Of a stretch of 64,000 nucleotides of DNA, positions 42,515 to 56,284 are shown piece by piece; within the stretch, counting starts at the first letter, position 1; every line of letters starts with the position of its first letter. Position numbers and translations under genes: made by a program. Below the pieces are notes generated by a model, which was given only the letters and a program-made list of their open reading frames with translations, was not told where the DNA came from and ran no database searches. Source of the stretch: Octopus vulgaris (taxonomy: Eukaryota); the NCBI GenBank assembly GCA_951406725.2, contig OX597824.1:26846001-26910000 (forward strand), given 5' to 3'.

Positions 42515-42802
42515 CATCATCATCAAGTGGCCAGCATGGAAATAAAAACCTTCAAAGGTAATAATTATTATTAAAACTATAACTTAGGGTATCTACGAGA
42601 TACCGCCATGCTGAAAATAGCAGTCAGGATCTGACTCTAAGTCTACATTAAGTGTTCATATAGCATAAGGAGAGAAGATAAAAAAGACAAAATGAAACTA
42701 GTAAAAAAATTACTGGATATATATATATTAGTTATATTATTATATGATTGAACGCCAAGCATCCATTTCCAAGTGAGTTTATCTATATATATAAAGACGA
42801 GA

Positions 42803-42861
<59 letters not shown>

Positions 42862-43000
42862 TATCTGTGTGCCTGTGTGAAACCCTAAAACTCGAGAACT
42901 ACCAACCGAATTCATTCAAAGTTTACATATGCACCTTGGGCAAGTGTCTTCTACTATAGCCTCGAGCCGACCAAAGCCTGGTGAGTGGATTTGGTAGATG

Positions 43001-43722
43001 GAAAATTCAAATATATGTGTATATTGGCAGGGCTGGCCGGCTACCTAGCAGGCCAGCCCTGCCAATATACACATATATTTGAATTTTATCTGACTCCTCA
43101 GATTTTTTGAATGCTGGACTACTGGTTTTAAATTGATATTAAAATTAATATTAATTTATCTCCCTCAATTTTTAAATATTTAAATAAATACGTTCCCTAG
43201 TAGTAAGCTTTACCCGCAGTGAATTATTCACTGCAGCCCTTCGCTTCAGGAGTCTCTTAGCGCGCCGGAACCAAGACATTTGAAATTTTATTCCCGATGT
43301 AATCAGTAAGACTAAGCACGTGTCTGTCTTGACACAGAGAGCTGGGGTTAGTCTTGCGGCTTGCATCTCGAGGACCGAATGTACTGAAGAAGTCACGGAC
43401 ACTTGAATTATGCAAGTAATTCTTTTGTTAAGACCGAAACCGAGGTATGCATTTAAGTCTGTTTTTTATTTAATTTTTCATATGTCCTGCCCGCCAAATT
43501 TGGTTCTGGTGTTCGCTGAATTCTTCCTCTAGAGAATTTCCCTTGTAGTTTGATCGTTGATGATCTATTTCTAGCATTCTGGCCGGCTACCTAGCAGGCC
43601 AGCCCTGCCAATATACACATATATTTGAATTTTCTCTGACTCCTCAGATTTTTTGAATGCTGGACTACTGGTTTTAAATTGATATTAAAATTAATATTAA
43701 TTTATCTCCCTCAATTTTTAAA

Positions 43723-43727
<5 letters not shown>
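43001..43727 (+). mobile_element. Retrozyme-like element: 546-bp unit, 1.27-mer partial tandem with inverted 5' cap
   Basis: 43033-43171 is repeated at 43579-43727; 43001-43038 is an inverted copy of 43051-43087; no ORF; one hammerhead. Confidence 0.85.
43378..43453 (+). ncRNA. Type-I hammerhead ribozyme
   Basis: aatgta-CTGAAGA-aGTC...GACc-GAAAC-CGAG-GTA-tgcatt; stem I is 6 bp; predicted cut after 43447. Confidence 0.8.
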
Positions 43728-43757
<30 letters not shown>

Positions 43758-43761
43758 TGTT

Positions 43762-43809
<48 letters not shown>

Positions 43810-43844
43810 CACAAACACGCATATGCATATATATATAAATATAT

Positions 43845-44021
43845 ATTTCTTTACTACCCACAAGTGGCTACATACAGAGGGGATAAACAAGGACAGACAA
43901 ACGGATTAAGTCGATTACATCGACCCCAGTGCGTAACTGGTACTTAATTTATCGACCCCGAAAGGATGAAAGGCAAAGTCGACCTCGGCGGAATTTGAAC
44001 TCAGAACGTAACGGCAGACGA
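43845..44021 (-). mobile_element. SINE family A, 5'-truncated
   Basis: Reverse complement of family A. Confidence 0.9.
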
Positions 44022-44998
44022 ATATATATATATTTATATATATATATAAATATATTTATATTAATATATATATACATGTATTTATCTATATATGTGTGTG
44101 TGTGTTTGTGTGTATGCGTGTGCATGTGTGTGAATGCACGTGTGTGTGTGTGAGCGTTTTGATAGAGTGTGTACGTGTGTGTATGTGAGAAAGAGAGAGA
44201 GAGAGAGTGAGAGAGAGAGTGATCGTCCGTGTATGCGCTTCTGTATTGTGAGGAAATTTTTTTCTTGCTGTTTATACATTCTAACAGAATCACGTGTTCA
44301 GCGCAAAACGTGTTGTAATGGCGACAATGGAGATGGGAAAACCTCAAAAAGAATGGTTTCTGAAACAGGTAAATGGTGAGAAAATTTCGGGTATGGTTTA
44401 GTCGATATCATCGATTCCATTAAGGTTGCTTTATTTTATAGACCCACGGAGAGATGACAAGCAAAGTTGACCTGAGCAATATTTGAACTCAGAACGCGAA
44501 GAGCCGCCATAAATACTGTTATATATTTTTACCCGAAGTTTTAACGATTCTCATTGCTTACAACCTTGGAAAAATAGTAATACACACATATAGAGAGACA
44601 TTGATAATTTATAAACACACACGCGCACACACATATAATATATATACATATATACTTCTCCCTGTGTGTAATATATTTATGGATTTATTTATGTGTGTAT
44701 ATGTATATATATATAAATTACATATATATACATATATATACAAATTACATATATATATATATGCATATATATATAAATTATATATATATATAATTTATAT
44801 ATATTTATAATTTATATATATATAAGTATACATATATATTTACATATGCATATATATACAAGCACATATATATCTATCTATATATATATATATATATATT
44901 ACACACAGAGAGAAATATATATGTATATATATTATATGTGTGTGCGTGTGTGTGTATGTATGTATGTTTCCATGCATATGTACATACTTATATATACG

Positions 44999-45039
<41 letters not shown>

Positions 45040-45540
45040 TTATACAAATTTATACCTATTTATGCGTATGTACGTATTTATACGTTTATATGCGTACACA
45101 CACATACAATATATATATATGTATGTATATATATATACATGTGTATATATCATATATTGTCTCAATACAAAACTTAAAAGTGGTGGAAGATAAAGGGGAA
45201 GATGAAACAATAGAAAAAAGTCAATTATCTTTAAAGAAAAGTTGAACCGTCGTTAATCTTACCATTGTTAATCGATCTATCGAACCGTCATCTTCTTAAG
45301 ACTTCAGCCTTTATTTTTACTACAATATCTTTCTCAACGTAAACCCATTTCGCGTATATAACGTAATCTCGGCTCAGTGTCTCCTCTTGTACACGCCACA
45401 CACATCTGCCTTTTGTTCTTACAAAACGCGGTATTTTATAACCTAAACTAAAATGACGGACTTATTGGACAAAACACATACACACACAATTAAGGAATGA
45501 TAAAAGAACTGGAGTTACGTAATAACGGTTATTAGCTGTT

Positions 45541-45855
45541 TCTCCTTTAAGAATCATTGCACTCAAAGTTTCCGAGAAACCAGTCTCCGAGAAAGCTATA
45601 GGATGTGGCACAAGTAGATAACTCTGAGAATATATTCGCATTTTAGGCAGAATGCCGGTCCGCCACAAGACTGCTCAATTTTAATAGCTGCGGGGACTCT
45701 CCTTTGAGAATCATTGCACACATAGTTTCCGAGAAACCAGTCTCCGAGAAAGCTATAGGATGTGGCACAAGTAGATAGCTCTGAAAATATATTCGCATTT
45801 TAGGCAGAATGCCGGTCCATCACAAGATTGCCCATTTTTAACAACTGCGGGGACT
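45541..45855. repeat. 157-bp tandem duplication
   Basis: Units start at 45541 and 45698. Confidence 0.92.
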
Positions 45856-46079
45856 GGAGCAACAGGAAATTTTAGGGTTGGTCAGGTAGACAAAGTACGG
45901 CCCGGTCGAGGAATCGGAAACACAATCTTACGATCATGAGTGCTACACCCTAACAACTAAACCACACATACATACATACATACATGCATGCATACATACA
46001 TACATACATACATACATACATGCATTCTTGCATACATACATACATACATACATACATACATACATGCATACATACATAA

Positions 46080-46110
<31 letters not shown>

Positions 46111-46295
46111 CATGCATAGATACATAATTACATACATACATGCATACATACATACATACATAAATACATACATACATACATACATACTTGCATTCATGCT
46201 TGCATTCATACATACATACATACATACATACATACATACATACATACACACGTACATACGTATATACATACATACATATATAAATACATATATAA

Positions 46296-46326
<31 letters not shown>

Positions 46327-46466
46327 CATACATACATACATACATACATACGTATATACATACATACATATATACATACATATATAATACATACATACAT
46401 ACATACATACATACATACATACATACATACATACATACATACATACATACATACATGTATATATGC

Positions 46467-47000
46467 AGGGTGCAGAGAATATATTGTAGTCTAAATTACA
46501 CACAAAGTGAAAATAACGCTGAGATCTCATTTTAAGAGATATATTTACCAACATTAAATAAAAATGTCTTGAAATACTAAAGAGTAAATTTATTCAATAA
46601 ATTCGCCATTGGACGACTTCGGAATCTCATGCATCTCTTCTGGATATTCTCCTTGTTTAAGTTGGTGAATGCTGCCATAATGCTGGCCTTCGGTTCATCT
46701 TTGGTATTACAAGGGCTTGCGCCCCACACATATTAATCAAGGGGGTTGCAGTCTGGGGAATTAGGTAGCCAGATGTTAGGGGTGATATGGTCGCAGAAAT
46801 TGTCTGACAGCCATGACTGGGTTCTCCCGCTTGTGAGGCATGGTGCAGAGTCCTGTTGCCAGCTATAGGGTGTTCCAGCAGCCACCCTCTTGAGCCAGGG
46901 CAGTCCCACCTCCTCAAGGCACTTGATGTAGGCCTCCGTATTGAATCTGCGGCTGTATGAGTAGATGAGGTATAACGTCGCCATCACTAGTAGGACAAAC
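46467..47000 (-). mobile_element. maT (DD37D) Tc1/mariner relic
   Basis: QQDSAPCLTS...WLPNSPDCNPLD with 37 residues between D2 and D3; TA-CAGGGTG terminus. Confidence 0.88.
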
Positions 47001-47402
47001 ATTAAGAGCCGTTAGGCCAAGACGAATTGTAATGGGTAAAGCCCGGAAGAAATTCCTTAAGGAAATGGAGTAAATAGAAAGGTAAAGAGTAGAAGAGATA
47101 AAATGTCGGCTGGCGAAAGAAACGACGTTTAGCCCGGTGGCCATCCCCACCAGAAAAGACAGGGGTGAAAGAAATGGCCTGTAGTCACGTGTGAGCAAGA
47201 TACAGAGGGGGAAGAGGACAAGAGAGGATGAGGGAAGGAAACAAAGTGTGTGATGAGGAGAAGGGAGAAGGAACGAAAGATAGTAGGGAGTAGGAGAAAG
47301 ACAGACAGAAGACAGCAAAGAAGGAGGAGAAGAATCGGAAAATATATAGGATTGTAGAGGCATTGAGAGATAGAAAGGAAACATAGTGTAGAGTTGCAGA
47401 AA

Positions 47403-47774
47403 TCTTTATATATAAAAGAGAGGTTGTGTGCTGTCTGTCTCCTACGATTTAGATTCCTAACTACTCCCACATTTTGCGGTGCAGTTTAACCAAAACCGGG
47501 TATCTTATAGTCGTGATTCATATCGAGCCCTTCTGGGTATTAGCGCGCGTCTACGATGAGTCTACGATTAAAAAAAAAATTTACCATAATTTTTTTCCAT
47601 TTTAATACATTTTTTTCGCTATTATATAAAGGAAGTAACTCTCTAAAAATGTCTACGATGAGTCAACGATTTTTAAAAAAAATTACCATAATTTTTTTTC
47701 CATTTTTAATGCAGTTTTTTGCTTATATAGTTATTTCCCTTACAAACCCGAGCAACGCCGGGCGATACTGCTAG
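47403..47774 (+). mobile_element. Non-autonomous Helitron (same family as 14818)
   Basis: 5' TC, 3' hairpin plus CTAG, A|T target. Confidence 0.88.
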
Positions 47775-48451
47775 TTATATATAAATGTAAGAACTTACTG
47801 TGGACAAGGCTGCATGGCGTTCGATTATAAATAAATAAAAAATACATATTAAATAAAGGACATCACCAACAAGTGAAAAATACATAAACACACGAAATAC
47901 AAGAACAGGACAAAATATCAAAAGAAGATAACTCGCTCATCAGTTGTCGACTGTTTTACTGAGCCATTTCGTGCTTTTAACGACAATATAGGAAAATTTC
48001 GTAAGACAGAAGCATCCAGAAATTTTATACATACATACATACATATATGTGCATATATCCATGTGTACATGCATATATATGCAAACACATATGTGTATGC
48101 ATATGTATGTTTGTTATACACACACTTATACACACATAAATGCATGCATACATGCATACATACGTACATACACACATACGAATATATTTACGTATATAAA
48201 GAAATAGGCACGGTTGGGACGTCTTTGATTTTAAGTTTGCTCAGTAAAAGTTGCTTTAGTGTTAAATAATTAAAGCAATAATTAATCTAATAAAATGTTT
48301 CCCATTTTTTTTTCTTCACACACATCAATGACTTCTCGTGTCGTACTTATACCTTTCAGTTGAATCACACCACCTCTCCATTTGTTCTGTACAAGTACCA
48401 GCTTATCCTCGTTGCACAGTTTTTACCTTCTAATTAAGTCTGTCTACTTAC

Positions 48452-48625
48452 CCTAACTGCTAGAAAGAGCAGCATTTCATCATAAAAAGTGTACAACCAA
48501 CTGTCACCTGCAAGCGAATATGACTTCGTAGCGCGATCTGTGATTTCGGTTTTTGTTTTAGTTAGACACTAGCAGACGACAGACACTCTCACACACCGCT
48601 CATTCTTCACGCGGCAGAATTCCTT
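48452..48625 (-). other. Candidate first or early exon of a host gene
   Basis: CpG-containing unique sequence downstream of a long CT tract; donor AGG|gtaagt at 48452; ends in ATG-LLFLAVR; possible acceptor ttgcAG| at 48507. Confidence 0.3.
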
Positions 48626-48638
48626 AGATATAGAAACA

Positions 48639-48708
<70 letters not shown>

Positions 48709-49629
48709 AAAAAGAGAGATGGAGGCAGAGGGAGAGGCAGGGAGACAGAGTCAGTGCGAGAGATCGAGAGAAGGAGGGGTAGGAAGTGAGGGAGGGAGAG
48801 TGGAGGGAGAAGGAGAAAGAGACAGAGAGGGAAAGAGTGACGGTGAGAGAGAGAAAGAAGGAGAGAAACAGAGAGAAAGAGTGCGAGAGAGGGAGGGATT
48901 GGGAGTGAAGGGAAGAGGGGGAGGAGAAAGAGTAAGAGAAAGGGAGGGAGAGAGAAATAAGGAGAGGAGGAGAGAGTGAGGGAAGAAGAGAGAGAGAGAA
49001 ACAGAGAGAGAGGGAGAGAGAGGGGGAGAGAGAGGGGGAGAGAGAGCAGGGTTACACCATCACTCAATTGATACGCATTACAGTTAAGTAGATTGGGGCA
49101 TCGTAAAATAAAGTACTTTGCTCAAAGAAACAATGCAATGCTCTGTTCAAGACTTGAAATCCCGTCCTCATGATTAAAATCCATATTTGATAGCCACTTG
49201 ACCACGACTCTCCTCCGTCTTAGATAAAGACGGAGGCAATATTAAATAATAGCCCTACACACGCTTAAAGGAGGGGTTGTTCACGGTAGGGTTTCAGGTT
49301 CTCATTTTCAGATGAGTAGACTTGAACAAAGTAAAATGGAATACCTTGCTCAAGGAGAAAACGCCCCCCCACCTCCAGCATCAAACGTACTTCCAGGTAA
49401 CACGAGATCGCGTTCAGATTACCAGGGAGTGGAAAGAAATCAACTTCAAATTACTTCCGGTGGTAATTCCAAATCGATTTCCTTGCCCACCCTCAGATTA
49501 CCCTATTCAAGTCTTTCCCCAAATATTCATTGCTCTGGTTGCAAATGAAAGAATCATTATACCCTCATTAGAATCATTAATTTTCTTCTGCAAAATATAT
49601 TTTTTTAAAGGCTTCATAAAAATGTTTGG

Positions 49630-49797
49630 GGAGGCGCAGGAGTGGCTGTGTGGTAAGTAGCTTGCTAATCAACCACATGGTTCCGGGTTCAGTCCCACTG
49701 CGTGGCATCTTGGGCAAGTGTCTTCTGCTATAGCCCCGGGCCGACCGATGCCTTGTGAGTGGATTTGGTAGACGGAAACTGAAAGAAGCCTGTCGTA

Positions 49798-49868
<71 letters not shown>

Positions 49869-50095
49869 ATGTGTGTGTGTGTATGTGTGTGTGTGTATGT
49901 CTGTGTTTGTCCCCCTAGCATTGCTTGACAACCGATGCTGGTGTGTTTACGTCCCCGTCACTTAGCGGTTCGGCAAAAGAGACCGATAGAATAAGTACTG
50001 GGCTTACAGGGAATAAGTCCTGGGGTCGATTTGCTCGACTAAAGGCGGTGTTCCAGCATGGCCGCAGTCAAATGACTGAAACAAGTAAAAAGAAA
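49630..50095 (+). mobile_element. SINE family B, full-length reference copy
   Basis: A-box tggctgtgtgg, B-box gggttcagtccc, CORE-like cttgggcaagtgtctt, internal (TA)n(TG)n, tail gaaacaagtaaaa. Confidence 0.93.
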
Positions 50096-50192
50096 GAAAG
50101 AATGTTTAAAAAATACAATATTCCTTTTTATCATTTTCACATTTTAAGACTGACTTCAATCTTGAATGTTACTCGCGTTTAATGCTATGAAT

Positions 50193-50448
50193 CAGTTGTT
50201 CCGAAAGTGGGCTGTACAGTCCCACTAGGATAAGTGGCACTGAAGAAAATTTGGGCAATGATGGGGTGGCCAAATCGAGGGCGACGGATGTAAAAACAAC
50301 AAAGTAATGGGTTAATTAGGTTAAGTTTTAATTGTGAAATAAATAGTTGTTTTGAATTTAATAAAGAAATAGGTATATGTTTATGTTATGAAGGTGAGTG
50401 TGACTTGGGTGCCGGGGGCTGCAGCTCGAAAAAGTTTGGAAATCACTG
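50193..50448. mobile_element. hAT-like MITE
   Basis: Ends cagttgttccgaaa / tttggaaatcactg; degenerate 8-bp TSD ctatgaat/ctataaac. Confidence 0.7.
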
Positions 50449-50750
50449 CTATAAACGTATTATGAGCAAGCATTAGAATCTACCAATTTAACGACATCAG
50501 AGAGAAGATGAGAACAGTGCAGAGGTCATATGAAATGGCATGCAGTCTATCAACGAGGGTAATATAAAATCAATTTTAGATTAAAGGGATTAAAGAGAGG
50601 TAACTCGAAATAGTGGATGAGGGGCGGGGGCAGATTTACGTTGAAGAATTTACATCGGTTCTTGTATGCGAAGCTGGGCTAGCCATAAGTTTTAATGCAC
50701 TAAAAGCCTTTTTTTTTACTGAATAAGCCCTTGTTTTTCTTTTTTTCATT

Positions 50751-50990
50751 ATATGCGGCATCCCTTCCAGTCGGTTGGACCCATTGATTGTTAATCGAAA
50801 GGTATGGAAATCAGATTGTGATGCTGGAGTAGAGTGCTTTGAAACTGAACACAAGAGACTGCATGAAGAGAGGAGGAGACGTCGTCATCAAACCCATGTA
50901 GCTGTCGTTCGGGGTCACTTTTAGCGCTCTTAGTGCCACAAGATCTGCGTATCTTGTATCAGTCTCATTAGCCACATCCACTCCCATGGG
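50751..50990 (+). mobile_element. RTE (BovB-like) LINE ORF C-terminal relic
   Basis: CGIP...NRKVWK...AGVECFE..ERRRRRH...CHKICVSCISLISHIHSH matches the RTE terminal C2H2 pattern; in-frame stops. Confidence 0.78.
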
Positions 50991-51486
50991 GGAAAAGTGT
51001 TGGAGACAGAGGAGGATAAATGTCTTAGATTGACGCTCTCATCACCTCTGATACGATATCATAAGCACACGCATCAGAAATTGGGCGATGTCCTATAAAC
51101 CCGTGCGTCTCTTATGCTATCAAAAACGTAAATTGGAAACGGATTGGTCAAGATTTTATACCACAGGAGTCTCCTCGAAATAACGTAGCGGGTGCTAAAA
51201 TGGCGGAAATTAACCAAAAGATGGCTCGAGATTGCAGCACTGAGAGATAGTCGATTATTTGCAATTAGTTAGTGCAATACTGTGTCAATGAACTGTAGTA
51301 TCTACACCAACTTATCTCTGCCGAGCAATCAAGTGAGAAACAAAAGAATCGGAATGAAGAAATCTAAACGAAGTAACAGGCTTTCTTTTGAAGTTGTCAT
51401 GAAACGACGGTACACAATGTTTGTATATGGGTTTGTGAATGTGAGTTTGTACATATGTATTTTTCTGTGTTTGTGTGTATGTGTAC

Positions 51487-51594
<108 letters not shown>

Positions 51595-51783
51595 TACATA
51601 TATATATGCATTTTGTGTGTTTGTGTGTATGTATATATATATACACATATATGTATATATATATATATGTATATGTATATATATATATGTATACACATAT
51701 ATACATACATATATATATTACATATATAAAAGTTATGTGTGTGTATATATATATATAAGTAATGTATATATATATATAAGTAA

Positions 51784-51852
<69 letters not shown>

Positions 51853-52202
51853 TTATATTTATATACACACGTGTGTACAGACACGCACACACACACATAT
51901 GCACTTATACGAACTAGTATTCTTGTTCTGTGATTATGATTGCCTTGTTACTGTTGATGATGATGATGATGATGACGACGACGACGGCGATGATGATGAT
52001 GACGGCAACGACGTAGACGACCGTGGCATTGATGATTCTTGTTGATAACTGATGAATGAGAGGGAAGGGGAAGTGATGACAGAGTAGAAGAGATTGAAAG
52101 GGAGAGAGAGAGAGAGGGGGAAAGAAGGGGAGAGGGAGAAAGAGAGAGAGAAAGAATACCAGAAACAGACAGAGACAGAAGGAGAGACTGAGTGTGAGTG
52201 AG

Positions 52203-52241
<39 letters not shown>

Positions 52242-53209
52242 AAGAAAGTAGATAAGAAAGCGAGAGTGGGAGCAAGGAAGAGGCGAATCAGTGTGAAAGA
52301 CGAGCCAGTAAGAAAATTACTACATCGTCAAGAGGAGAGAGGAACGAAGAGAAATGGATGCAGGGGAAATATGCGAAAAGCACGAGGTTAATAAGTGCAT
52401 AGTAAATTCGTCCTCCCCACCTCCAACCCCTACCCCCACCCTACCACCATCCCCACCCCACCCCTCCACTCCGCCAACGTCGGACGACCTCCATTAAAAT
52501 CGAGTCTTAGTTACTACGTAGTTACGATCCGTTTGTTAGGAGAAAAAGACCGCTAATGTCACACACAAGCTCGTATTCATGACAGCTACTTCAGACTATC
52601 TTTCTCACATCATCATCATCATCATCATCATCCTCATCATCATGTGACCCAATCTTCATATTTGACCTGACCTAGATTTTAACCCCGTCTTGATCTCTTG
52701 CGATTTCATGTGAACTCGGAGCTTTTGCAACAGAGAAACATGGCTGTGTTTTTATGTAATGGTATTATATAAACTACTGCAGCATGATGGAGGTAGCGGC
52801 AGTGGAGATAGTGGCAGCTAGTGGTGGTGGTGGTGGTGGTGATGGAGGTGGTGGAAGAGAATTATGATAACGATGGTGGTGGTGATGCTGGTGCTGGGTA
52901 GTTGTGGTGGTGGTAAAGGCATAAGGGGGAGGTACTGATTAGTGGTTGTGGTGGTGGTTGTCGTGGTGCTGGTTGAATTGGTGGTATTGTTGTTGTTGCT
53001 GGTGATGATAGTGGCTAGTGCTAGTGGGGGCTTTCTTTATTGGCTGCAGAAGAGGCCAGTAGGATGTTTGTCGAATTGATGTTTGCTTATGATGATGGGT
53101 AAGTCCTTTACTTACATATCACCATATGTACGTGTGTGTATATATGTATGTATGTTTGTATGTATGTATGAAAGTATGTATGTATGTATGTATGTATGTA
53201 TATTCTTGT

Positions 53210-53548
53210 ATTCCTTTACTTATTTCAGTCATCCGGTTGCGGCCATGCTGGAGCACCGCCTTAAAGGGTTTTCGTCGAAGAAATCGATCCCAGGACTTAT
53301 TCTTTGTAAGCCTAATACTCATTCTATCGGTCTCTTTTGCCGAACCGCTAGGTTACGGAGACATAAACACACCAGCATCAGTTGTCAAGTGATGGTGGGG
53401 CGACACACACACACACACACACACACACACATTTGTGTGTGTCTGTGTTTGTTACCCCACTATCGCTTGACAACCGATGCTGGTGTGTTTATGTCCCCGG
53501 AACCATGTGGTTGGGAAGCAAGCTTCTTACCAGGCAGCCACGCCTGCG
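53210..53548 (-). mobile_element. Rearranged SINE family B
   Basis: Minus-strand 3' half and head, with an inverted internal piece at about 53432-53498. Confidence 0.8.
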
Positions 53549-53557
53549 TTTATATAT

Positions 53558-54720
53558 ATTGCGTCATCCCGTAAATAATGCATTTATTTTTATAAAACTT
53601 TTATTTTTCAGAATTAAGATAAAGAAATGTCTTTTTTCATCTAAAATATACTCTCCTTTATTTTTTACAGTGCTCTTCCATCTATCTGCTAGACTTGCAA
53701 GGTCCCTCTTCCAAAATCCACTTGTCAGTGACGAAAAATATTCATCCACTGCTGTTCTGATCTCGTTTACAGAAATCATATTTTTTCCGTCAAAATGATT
53801 TTGAAGATTGCAGAATAATGGATGGTCAGATGAGGAAGTGTCCGGCGAATATAGTGGGTGGGACATTGTTTTCCATTCAAACTGCTCCAGCCTTTGGAAT
53901 GTCATCCTCACTGTATGTGGTCGAGCATTATCCTGATGAAAGAACACCTTTGGTTGTTTTTTTTTTTTTCTAGCGGTGACTTAATCCGCTCAAGCTGCTT
54001 GCTGTAGATTTCATTTGTTATCGTGTTATTTGGATTTAAAAATTCAATGTGAACTAAACCTTTCATATCCCATCAAACAGATAACAACACCTTATGCAGG
54101 CGAAGACCTTCTTTCGCCTGGGGTACCGGTGTTTCTCCTTTCCGTACCCAATGTCTTCGGCGCTTGACATTTTTATAGAGAGCCCATTTCTCGTCACCAG
54201 TAACTATTCGGCCCCAAAAGGGTCCATTCGTGTGGCGTGACAGCAAAGAAGAGCACACATTCACTCTTCAATTGGACTCAGAAAGTTTGTGAGGAACACG
54301 TTGACTGAATTTGTTGACTTTTCTGATGGCTGAAGGACCAAATCCAAGCTTCTCTGCTTGTTCCTCAACAGTTACAATGGGGTTTAGTTCCACCAGAGTT
54401 TGCAGGACGTATTCGTCGAACCATACAGACCTTCCAGGACGAGGTTCGTCTTCTAGGATGCAGTTTTCGGCTCAGAATATCTGGAACCACCGTCGACACC
54501 GTCTTATGCTCATTGTCCGATCCCCATATACAGCATTAATATTCCTCACACTTTCTGTTGTGTTGTTGCCTTCATTGAACTCATAAAGCACTTCCATTAT
54601 AGCTTTGAAAACATAACTGTTAAAATCAAACTGCACTCTTCAAAATTTGCACTAAGAATAAGTTTAAGGTAGATTTACTACCTGCTTTTATAGCAAGTTG
54701 ATGCAGGTTGATTACCACGT
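53558..54720 (-). pseudogene. Mariner (DD34D-type) transposase pseudogene
   Basis: RIVTGDEKW, HQDNARPH and HPLYSPD motifs in separate frames; multiple frameshifts. Confidence 0.92.
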
Positions 54721-54759
54721 CCACCTCATAAATACACATAAATATGTTTATTTATCAAT

Positions 54760-55140
54760 AGGCAGAAGAGTGGCTGTGTGGTAAGAAGTTAGCTTCCCAA
54801 CCAAATATTTCCGGGTTCTGCGTGGCACCTTCGTCAAGTATCTTCTACTATTGCTTCGAGCGAACAAAAGCCTTGTGCGACGATTTGGCAGACGGAAATT
54901 AAAAGAAGCCTGTCGCGTATATCTATACATGTATTTCTATGTGTGTGTCTTTGTATCAGTAACTGTACGCCACTACCGCTTGACAACCGGTGCTGGTGTG
55001 TTTACGTCACCGTAATGTAGCGGTGCGGTAAATAGAGAATGAAAAAATATGTACTAAACATTACAAAAATAAGAACTGGAGTCGATTTGTTCGATTAAAA
55101 CCCTTCAAGGTGGTCAAGTGAATGAAACAAGTAAAAGGAA
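54760..55140 (+). mobile_element. SINE family B
   Basis: Homology to the 49630 copy. Confidence 0.85.
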
Positions 55141-55186
55141 TAATATATATATACATACATTTGTGTGTGTATATATATATATATAA

Positions 55187-55221
<35 letters not shown>

Positions 55222-55419
55222 CCCACATATATATATATGTGTGCATATATATCTATGTACATATATATGCATGCAGACACACGCATACAGTAATGTTTTT
55301 ACAAGTACAACGTTTGTATACTTAGAAATGTTTGTATAATTATATTATACAAACATTTTCATGCATTTACGTGACTGTGTCTATGAATAGATAGAAATAT
55401 ACATATATACTAATATAGA

Positions 55420-55497
<78 letters not shown>

Positions 55498-55625
55498 TGC
55501 ATGTGTGTCTGATATATATATATATATATATATATGTATACTTTATTTAAAACCAGCAGAAATATAACAAAAGCTGTTACTCAGAGTTTATATATATATA
55601 TATACATAGACATATATACATACAT

Positions 55626-55701
<76 letters not shown>

Positions 55702-55848
55702 AATATTAATATTTAGCAGAAGTAACAGAATGACTCATCGTCCGAGAGCTTCAAACTACCTACAGGTCGAAGAGCTGTGTTGAGTTTATATAGCTGTTGA
55801 CAAATTTCCCTCGCATACGCACACACGCTCACACACACACACACACAT

Positions 55849-55909
<61 letters not shown>

Positions 55910-55996
55910 TGTATGTATGTATGTATGTATGTATGTATGTATGTTTGTATGTATGTGTGTGTGTGTGTGTATGTACAGGCTGTGATGAATAAAGGA

Positions 55997-56283
55997 ACAC
56001 TCCGTCGGTTACGTCGACGAGGGTCCCAGCTGATACGATTCACGAGACAGCTTACTCGTGAAATTAACGTGCAAGTGGCTGAGCACTCCACAGACACGTG
56101 TACCCCTAACATATTTTTCAGGGAGATTCAGCGTGACACAGAGTGTGACATGGCCGGCCCTTTGAAATACAGGTACAACTCATTTTTGCCAGCTGAGTGG
56201 TCTGGAGCAAGGACCCAACGCGTCGCCGGGAATTGAACTCACAACCTTACAATCGTGAGCCGAATGCCCTAACCACTAAGCCA
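55997..56283 (-). mobile_element. SINE with D-like head and family C 3' part
   Basis: Head tggcttagtggttaggg..gagttcaattccc; tail matches 10555-10733. Confidence 0.8.
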
Positions 56284-56284
56284 C

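Noticed and set aside
47118-47158. Minus-strand CTGGTGG...GGCT-AAAC-GTC-GTT as a hammerhead
   Set aside because: Three core changes; not counted.
47925-47990. CTGATGAG on the minus strand as a hammerhead
   Set aside because: No downstream GAAA with pairing stems, and the permuted arrangement does not pair convincingly.
52413-52475. C-run cluster (G-quadruplex potential on the minus strand)
   Set aside because: Low-complexity and common, with no evidence of function.
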